From a virus (Duplodnaviria > Heunggongvirae > Uroviricota > Caudoviricetes), in IMG/VR virus record IMGVR_UViG_3300029849_000005, positions 7,631 to 19,936 of that record: a stretch of 12,306 nt of DNA, one strand, 5' to 3'. A program made the translations under genes and the position numbers. Under the pieces are notes generated by a model. The model was given only the letters and a program-made list of their open reading frames with translations. It searched no databases and was not told the DNA's origin. Within the stretch, counting starts at the first letter, position 1. The number at the start of each line of letters is the position of its first letter. Of this stretch, positions 7,266 through 12,306 are shown piece after piece.

Positions 7266-8038
7266 TTCTCGTTAGTTGGCTTAAGCCATAAATTGGTCTT
7301 ACTAAAGATATAATCTCTAAGTCTTGGAAGGTAATCAAGATATGTTAAGGTTCTAACGGTATTGCATCTAAAACACTTAATCAGTTCCTCTCTAATTCTC
7401 TCCTCTGACACTACTGGCATTTTAGAATCATAATCATATAACACCATAGCTTGCCAAGTTGTTTGCTCTATTGTGAATCTCTTAGTAACCGCAAACCTAA
7501 TGGCTCTAAGTATCCTAAGAGGGTCATCATCGAATGTTGTTACAGGGTCTAGAGGAGTTCTTATCAAGGCATTCCTTATATCATCCTTACCAGTGAAGTA
7601 ATCAATGATTTCTCCAGTATCGGGGTCTTTAGCCATAGCATTGATAGTGAAATCTCTGCGTGATAAATCATCATACAGATTTCCTGGTTCTACTATAGGA
7701 GTCCTAGTACCTGGAACATATCCTACTTCCTTTCTAGCCATTACAAAATCTGCTACACCCTGGTACTTGTATCCTCCTGGAAACTTAGCACGTATAGTAT
7801 AGCAATCTGGAGTTACTAAGAAGATTTCAAAGCCTTCTTCCCTCAAATGGCTTTCTAACATAGTGAAGACTGCATTAGTAGTATTTGGATAGATTCCGTC
7901 CACCAAACATTGTGCTTCCTCTATATTACGCAGTAACTCCTCACTGGGTACAGCTACATAATCAACATCCTTATTGGTAAGACCTAGGAGTTCATCTCTA
8001 ACCTTACCACCTACTTCATAAAATTTAAAATCTTCCAT
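7262..8038 (-). CDS. cca: Class II tRNA nucleotidyltransferase (CCA-adding / poly(A) polymerase family), short form
   Basis: Motif A VGGKVRDELLG..KDVDY, ARKE, motif B DLSRRDFTINAMA, motif D FDDDPLRILRAIRF, motif E VSEERIREELIK. 258 aa, with no tail or HD domain. Confidence 0.9.
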   Translation of the reverse strand: MEDFKFYEVGGKVRDELLGLTNKDVDYVAVPSEELLRNIEEAQCLVDGIYPNTTNAVFTMLESHLREEGFEIFLVTPDCYTIRAKFPGGYKYQGVADFVMARKEVGYVPGTRTPIVEPGNLYDDLSRRDFTINAMAKDPDTGEIIDYFTGKDDIRNALIRTPLDPVTTFDDDPLRILRAIRFAVTKRFTIEQTTWQAMVLYDYDSKMPVVSEERIREELIKCFRCNTVRTLTYLDYLPRLRDYIFSKTNLWLKPTNEK

Positions 8039-8298
8039 TAATAAAAATAATCTGATTCAACTTTCTGAATAATTTTCTCTCTGCTTCCTTTTAGACTATA
8101 GCCACTACGTTCGTTGCCACGTTCGTAACAACTAAAGTATTCTAAAACTTCATGTACTAAAAGATTAAAACTATGATTCTCGAAGTGATGCTCATCCACA
8201 TCAATAGACCAACCACATCCATCTAACCACCTATACACATTTAGATGCTTACCATTAACATGGTTTGGAAGGTTTGCTAATAGTGACAGATTATCCAT
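8038..8298 (-). CDS. Hypothetical protein
   Basis: 86-aa ORF with a TAATG overlap to the downstream gene. Confidence 0.75.
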   Translation of the reverse strand: MDNLSLLANLPNHVNGKHLNVYRWLDGCGWSIDVDEHHFENHSFNLLVHEVLEYFSCYERGNERSGYSLKGSREKIIQKVESDYFY

Positions 8299-8317
8299 TC
8301 TCTAATATTATAACAAT

Positions 8318-8710
8318 TTACCAGTCATACACACAACCGATTACTTGCTTCTCTTTAACGAACTCATATAGTTCATTAATAGCTTCATCCCACGTTAGGT
8401 CAGGAAATTGGGCATACTGTGATACATTACCATCTTCATCCTTGAAATCGGCTATGTCTAAGTAGTTCATATACTTGATTGTTGAATATCTGTCAAAGTA
8501 ATCATAGCTTTCCAGGAAAGCAGGAAGTTCTATCCAAGGAGCTACTGGTAATAAATCATAGACAGTCAGCAGGTCAAGAGCTACCTCCTTAGAGATAGCT
8601 CCTTCATCTGCCTTCTTAAATATTTCTTTAGCGAACTCAGCCTTGAACTGGTTCAATTTCTCCTTCATCGACTCTAGAGTCCGAATTTCTTTGTCTAAGT
8701 CTTCCATCAT
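8318..8710 (-). CDS. Hypothetical protein with N-terminal coiled coil
   Basis: 130-aa ORF; heptad-like N-terminus LDKEIRTLESMKEKLNQFKAEF. Confidence 0.75.
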   Translation of the reverse strand: MMEDLDKEIRTLESMKEKLNQFKAEFAKEIFKKADEGAISKEVALDLLTVYDLLPVAPWIELPAFLESYDYFDRYSTIKYMNYLDIADFKDEDGNVSQYAQFPDLTWDEAINELYEFVKEKQVIGCVYDW

Positions 8711-9011
8711 ATATTAATATGAGTTTATCAAATTCTTCATCTGTTCCTTCATAAGGAGTAATTTTATAGTTGTAGTAATCTTCCCACTCGATACTATCAA
8801 CTACCTGTCTTATAGCTTCTTCAGTCATGTTATGATATTCATAACCTTCTGTAGTAACTATAAACGAATCTGGAACTATACCAACTGCGATTTCGAAAGC
8901 ATATGCATCAGCTGCATTGTTCATGTCTTCATCAAACAAGCTCTCTGCGTATGCAGCATATCCACTATATGTTTCGAAATCATTAATGCAAGTTATAATA
9001 TACCTGTTCAT
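8637..9011 (-). CDS. Acidic hypothetical protein
   Basis: 124-aa ORF with an ATGA overlap to the RNA ligase stop; 3' end overlaps the next gene by 74 nt. Confidence 0.7.
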   Translation of the reverse strand: MNRYIITCINDFETYSGYAAYAESLFDEDMNNAADAYAFEIAVGIVPDSFIVTTEGYEYHNMTEEAIRQVVDSIEWEDYYNYKITPYEGTDEEFDKLILIYDGRLRQRNSDSRVDEGEIEPVQG

Positions 9012-10396
9012 TGGTCAGATTCTATATCAACTTCACCTTTATCTAATGCTTTAGATTCTGCAAATAAGAATCTATTACATTTTAACTTATATGCCCCAGA
9101 CAGACCGTCTTCTATACGAATTACTATACCTTCATGTGGCACATCATTGTGACACTCCGGAGATAGTTCTTCCATGAAGAAATTCTTGTCCTCGGCTAAT
9201 CTTTGTATGAAATTCTCATTCCAGTGTTCAGATATAGATATATCCGGATATAAATCCTTCGCATATCCATAATACAGTTCTGTTACCGGAGTGAGGCCCT
9301 TATCTTTACACCATTGTTGCACTTGTCTAGCACTAAATTCATACACTATTCCGTCAGGATTAGTATAAGTAATACGGTACACTCTGATACCAAAATGCAC
9401 ATTATACTTATATGGAGTAGTTTGAGTAGTAGGGTCCCATATCGGCATATCGTAACCATAATCATAAGCTTTACCTCCCATTGACTGAATTGCTCCTCCA
9501 GTAGGAAGCCAGCCTATAATTTCATAATAAAGAGTTAATCCTTTAGTTAAAAATGGCTGTAATACTTTATGAGCTTCTCCCCACACATCACAGCCATAGT
9601 AACCCTCACTAACTTCCTTATTATAATATTGGTTCTTTACAACCTTTCTAGAGGACCACAGATAGTCGTATGCAGTGTCAGGTACATAGGTAAGCCAGCC
9701 AGCCACCTTGTCTTTCCACTTCAATTGCCTTTTGCATAACACATCTGCTGATATTCCAGACGTGCCATGAACTTTACTAGTAATACTAATAATGTCGTTT
9801 GGCTTAATTATCCATGGACACTTCTTAATAAGAATAGTATCATAGTGGAATCTAAACTGATTGTCAACTAACTTGCTCAACCCTTTAGGCTGTTTACCAG
9901 TTCTAGTTTTATTGCTGGAGCCAGAAGTTCTATTCTTTAATACGTACTTCTTACAAATAAACAGGTTTCCTACCCTATCAAATTCAGTGCCGGCATCTAT
10001 TCCAGTTACAGCTTCGGTATGTCCAAGAGAGCTTATCCATTTAGTAATGGACTCTATAGACATAATAAATCCTTCTGAAACATGGCCCTGCAACTTAATA
10101 ATCTTCACTCTTCCGTTATCTTCGAAATACCCAGGTGCTGCTTCCTTGTCAGCATTCAGCTCAATATGTCTGAACTGGTTATTAGCTGACAAGAAAGAAT
10201 AGTCAATAGCACATCCTATAGGGAAATACACATACATTCCAGGTTCTGTATCTTTACTAACCGAAATAGTATATCCGTCTATATGAGCACATTTAAGACG
10301 CTCGCACTTAGGGTTTGGGTGTGGTGTAAAATCGTGGATTTCCACAATCTTAGCACAATAGTTAATATTGATTTTAGGTGATTGATTTAATTGCAT
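9008..10396 (-). CDS. ATP-dependent RNA ligase, DRB0094/Rnl5-like (N-terminal OB-like domain + Rnl2-type adenylyltransferase)
   Basis: Motif I ITSKVHGTS, motif III LYYEIIG, motif IV HEGIVIR, motif V AYKLK. N-terminal AKIVEI..FTPHPN..CERL..AHIDGY...PG..VYFP pattern typical of DRB0094-family ligases. Confidence 0.85.
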   Translation of the reverse strand: MQLNQSPKININYCAKIVEIHDFTPHPNPKCERLKCAHIDGYTISVSKDTEPGMYVYFPIGCAIDYSFLSANNQFRHIELNADKEAAPGYFEDNGRVKIIKLQGHVSEGFIMSIESITKWISSLGHTEAVTGIDAGTEFDRVGNLFICKKYVLKNRTSGSSNKTRTGKQPKGLSKLVDNQFRFHYDTILIKKCPWIIKPNDIISITSKVHGTSGISADVLCKRQLKWKDKVAGWLTYVPDTAYDYLWSSRKVVKNQYYNKEVSEGYYGCDVWGEAHKVLQPFLTKGLTLYYEIIGWLPTGGAIQSMGGKAYDYGYDMPIWDPTTQTTPYKYNVHFGIRVYRITYTNPDGIVYEFSARQVQQWCKDKGLTPVTELYYGYAKDLYPDISISEHWNENFIQRLAEDKNFFMEELSPECHNDVPHEGIVIRIEDGLSGAYKLKCNRFLFAESKALDKGEVDIESDQ

Positions 10397-10417
10397 TCAA
10401 AACTAGTCAATAATTGC

Positions 10418-10627
10418 TTACAGCTAATCTTCAGCTAGACTCCAATCTTGACTTAAAACGGCATCAGGAAACCACTTAGTAACAACGTAGTACTGGTTAG
10501 AACCAGATATAGGAAGACAGATGATATTGCCTTCCTTCATTCTGTAACGTCTCTTACTTAAGTTGATAACTGTCATACCTGCTCTCATCATAGATAGAGC
10601 TTCTCCAAAGTCAAATGTCTCGTTCAT
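10418..10627 (-). CDS. DUF2829/Tad2-like small protein (ends 10424 in the standard code, 10418 if TAG is sense)
   Basis: N-terminal FDFGEALSMMRAGMTV and C-terminal W..DAVLSQDW match the F.EAL..lk.G..V ... W...D.La.DW frame of DUF2829. The central RxGWNGK motif is not recognisable. Confidence 0.55.
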
Positions 10628-10644
10628 AATCTTATAAATTAAAA

Positions 10645-10947
10645 TTAAACAATCTTGTAGGATGATTCAACATATTCGTAAAGCTCATCCAATGTGCTTA
10701 TAATTTCTTTACCCTCTTCGTCATAGGCTTTTATATCTGGGTCTCCGGCTTTCTCGTAAACCCACCACATAATCCAGTCTATGCCTTCGTCAGTATAGTT
10801 CTCTTTAAATATAGCCATGGCTATACATTCAGCATTACTGACTATATCACTGTCAGCAATATCAATTCCCATTTCAGACAATTTGAAACATCTGGAGTTG
10901 ATAGCTTCCAATGAATTTACTACTTCTATAAAGTTCCCTTTTACCAT
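10645..10947 (-). CDS. Hypothetical protein (DWIxWWxYE...LDELYEY pattern)
   Basis: 100-aa ORF in the coupled minus-strand array. Confidence 0.8.
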   Translation of the reverse strand: MVKGNFIEVVNSLEAINSRCFKLSEMGIDIADSDIVSNAECIAMAIFKENYTDEGIDWIMWWVYEKAGDPDIKAYDEEGKEIISTLDELYEYVESSYKIV

Positions 10948-11138
10948 ATTACACCTTTTAATTGTTCTTGAATTTCATTAATAGTCTCACTGTCATAACC
11001 TCTAAGAAGGTCTCTATAGAAATCAAATACAGTTTCATATAGCTGACTTTTATCCTCCTCTGATAGAGTGTTCCCTACCAGAGAAGTCAATAAGTCTGCC
11101 ACCTTAGCGCTTATAGATATTGAAGTTTTGTTAATCAC
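10941..11138 (-). CDS. Hypothetical protein
   Basis: 65-aa ORF with short overlaps to both neighbours. Confidence 0.7.
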   Translation of the reverse strand: MINKTSISISAKVADLLTSLVGNTLSEEDKSQLYETVFDFYRDLLRGYDSETINEIQEQLKGVIW

Positions 11139-11386
11139 AGATACATCAATGCGTTAGATAGTATTTTAATTAACTCTGCATCAGAGAAATCATCTACATT
11201 TAATAGTGTTTCTCTAATAACAAAGACATCATCATCTGGTTGATAATGCTTCCGCATAATATCAATCACATCATCTTCATTCCTAATTAATGTACTTCTT
11301 TTATATGCAACGTCTGATTCGTCGCGATATTTAAAGAACTCCATTTTAGGTTCGCCTTGCTGCCTATATACTACAATGTAATTCAT
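11135..11386 (-). CDS. Hypothetical protein
   Basis: 83-aa ORF starting 2 nt after the ligase stop, with an ATGA overlap downstream. Confidence 0.75.
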   Translation of the reverse strand: MNYIVVYRQQGEPKMEFFKYRDESDVAYKRSTLIRNEDDVIDIMRKHYQPDDDVFVIRETLLNVDDFSDAELIKILSNALMYL

Positions 11387-11388
11387 AC

Positions 11389-12306
11389 TTATTCATAGTC
11401 TCGGATGCACTTAAGTACTGGTTGTAATGGTCTGCCATCGTCAGAGTAGTAGAAATACTTGACAGTAGCCATTTTACCGATAAGTTCATCCATTCTGTCT
11501 AGATATTCATACTTAAGTTCTCTAGGTCCCATAGGCTTGGCTTCAAATTCCTTACCAGCCTGAGTCTTACATATGAACACCATATCTTCAGGACGTAATC
11601 CGTCACTATAGCCAACAATCTCAAACTCGTCGTCTTGATACATTTTGACTTTAATCATGGCATTAGTACGTCCTCCATAGTTATATGGTTTGTCCGGGTC
11701 TCTAATAACTATACCTTCAAACCCTTCGCTGACATATTTATCATGAAGCTTCTGAATGTTAGTCCACCCTACTACTTCCTCTTCTGGAACTATTCTAACC
11801 TTCAGGTCATCTTCATTCCAATTAGCATTAGGGTCAAAATCCACAATTCCAAGTATAGGAGCTATTTCGTCAGATATATAATTCCACCTTTCCTGTGCTG
11901 TCATATTAGCATCCATGGTATCATAGATGTAATATTCCAATTCATTGCAGCGGGATTCTCCAGATTCTAATCTTGCTGTACCACTTATATACTGCAAGCT
12001 TCGACCGTGAATGTAAAGTTCACCATCGAGAACCAAATCTGGCATCTTATTAAATAACTCTATCATCTTGGGATGTGTTCTTAGGTGTACTGTAGAAGCG
12101 TCATAATCACCACCTCCCCGACTAGCAGATACTATCTCTCCGTCCTTTAGATAGAAAGAACATCTGACACCGTCTATCTTACGAGAACCTAGCCAGTACT
12201 TGATTTTATCAAATACCTTAGTAGCTACCTCCTCGTACTTCTTGGCTTTCATATGCTTCTTAAATCCATTTGAATCAGTAACACCCTCACCTAGGTGTTC
12301 TTCAAC
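11389..12306 (-). CDS. lig: ATP-dependent DNA ligase (5' part outside the window)
   Basis: Motif I SRKIDGVR, III LDGELY, IIIa YYIYD, IV FEGIVIR, V MIKVK, then an OB domain ending PLQPVLKCIRDYE. The frame is open from 12306 (VEEHLGEGVTDSNGFKKHMKAKK), so ATG 12252 is probably internal. Confidence 0.93.
   Translation of the reverse strand, partial: VEEHLGEGVTDSNGFKKHMKAKKYEEVATKVFDKIKYWLGSRKIDGVRCSFYLKDGEIVSASRGGGDYDASTVHLRTHPKMIELFNKMPDLVLDGELYIHGRSLQYISGTARLESGESRCNELEYYIYDTMDANMTAQERWNYISDEIAPILGIVDFDPNANWNEDDLKVRIVPEEEVVGWTNIQKLHDKYVSEGFEGIVIRDPDKPYNYGGRTNAMIKVKMYQDDEFEIVGYSDGLRPEDMVFICKTQAGKEFEAKPMGPRELKYEYLDRMDELIGKMATVKYFYYSDDGRPLQPVLKCIRDYE

Noticed and set aside
7605..7802. Plus-strand 65-aa ORF
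   Set aside because: Antisense shadow of the nucleotidyltransferase gene; no motifs.
8265..8465. Plus-strand 66-aa ORF
   Set aside because: Antisense to two coupled minus-strand genes; Ser-rich shadow composition.
8832..9152. Plus-strand 106-aa ORF
   Set aside because: Antisense to the RNA ligase 3' end and the next gene; no independent support.
9861..10202. Plus-strand 113-aa ORF
   Set aside because: Entirely antisense within the RNA ligase.
11635..11970. Plus-strand 111-aa ORF
   Set aside because: Entirely antisense within the DNA ligase catalytic domain.
12250..12252. ATG 12252 as the DNA ligase start
   Set aside because: The frame is open to the window edge with protein-like sequence, so the true start is probably upstream.
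1..12306. tRNA genes, CRISPR arrays, tandem repeats, DGR template/variable repeats
   Set aside because: None seen by eye. Outside the intron there is almost no non-coding space and no reverse transcriptase; tRNAscan-SE and a self dot-plot would confirm.

Overview
AT-rich, gene-dense bacteriophage segment with every credible gene on the minus strand and many joined by TAATG/ATGA overlaps. Gene content and style resemble a crAss-like (Crassvirales-type) Bacteroidota phage replication/nucleic-acid-repair block; this assignment is an inference, no database search was run. In transcription order (right to left): ATP-dependent DNA ligase (5' end outside the window), small hypotheticals including a DUF2829/Tad2-like protein, a DRB0094/Rnl5-like RNA ligase, a short CCA-adding-type nucleotidyltransferase, a PseT-like polynucleotide kinase-phosphatase, a Zn-finger + AEP-like protein, a family A DNA polymerase and ThyX (3' end outside the window). 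polA is split by a 979-nt group I intron (2264..1286) whose splice sites, P1/P10 and catalytic core can be read from the sequence. The intron carries a tandem Zn-finger HNH-like endonuclease preceded by a hairpin that contains a Bacteroidota-type -7 promoter element. Two in-frame TAG codons hint at amber-to-Gln recoding. PolA has a thumb insertion with a QGDLF clamp-binding-like motif, and there are two probable deletion scars.
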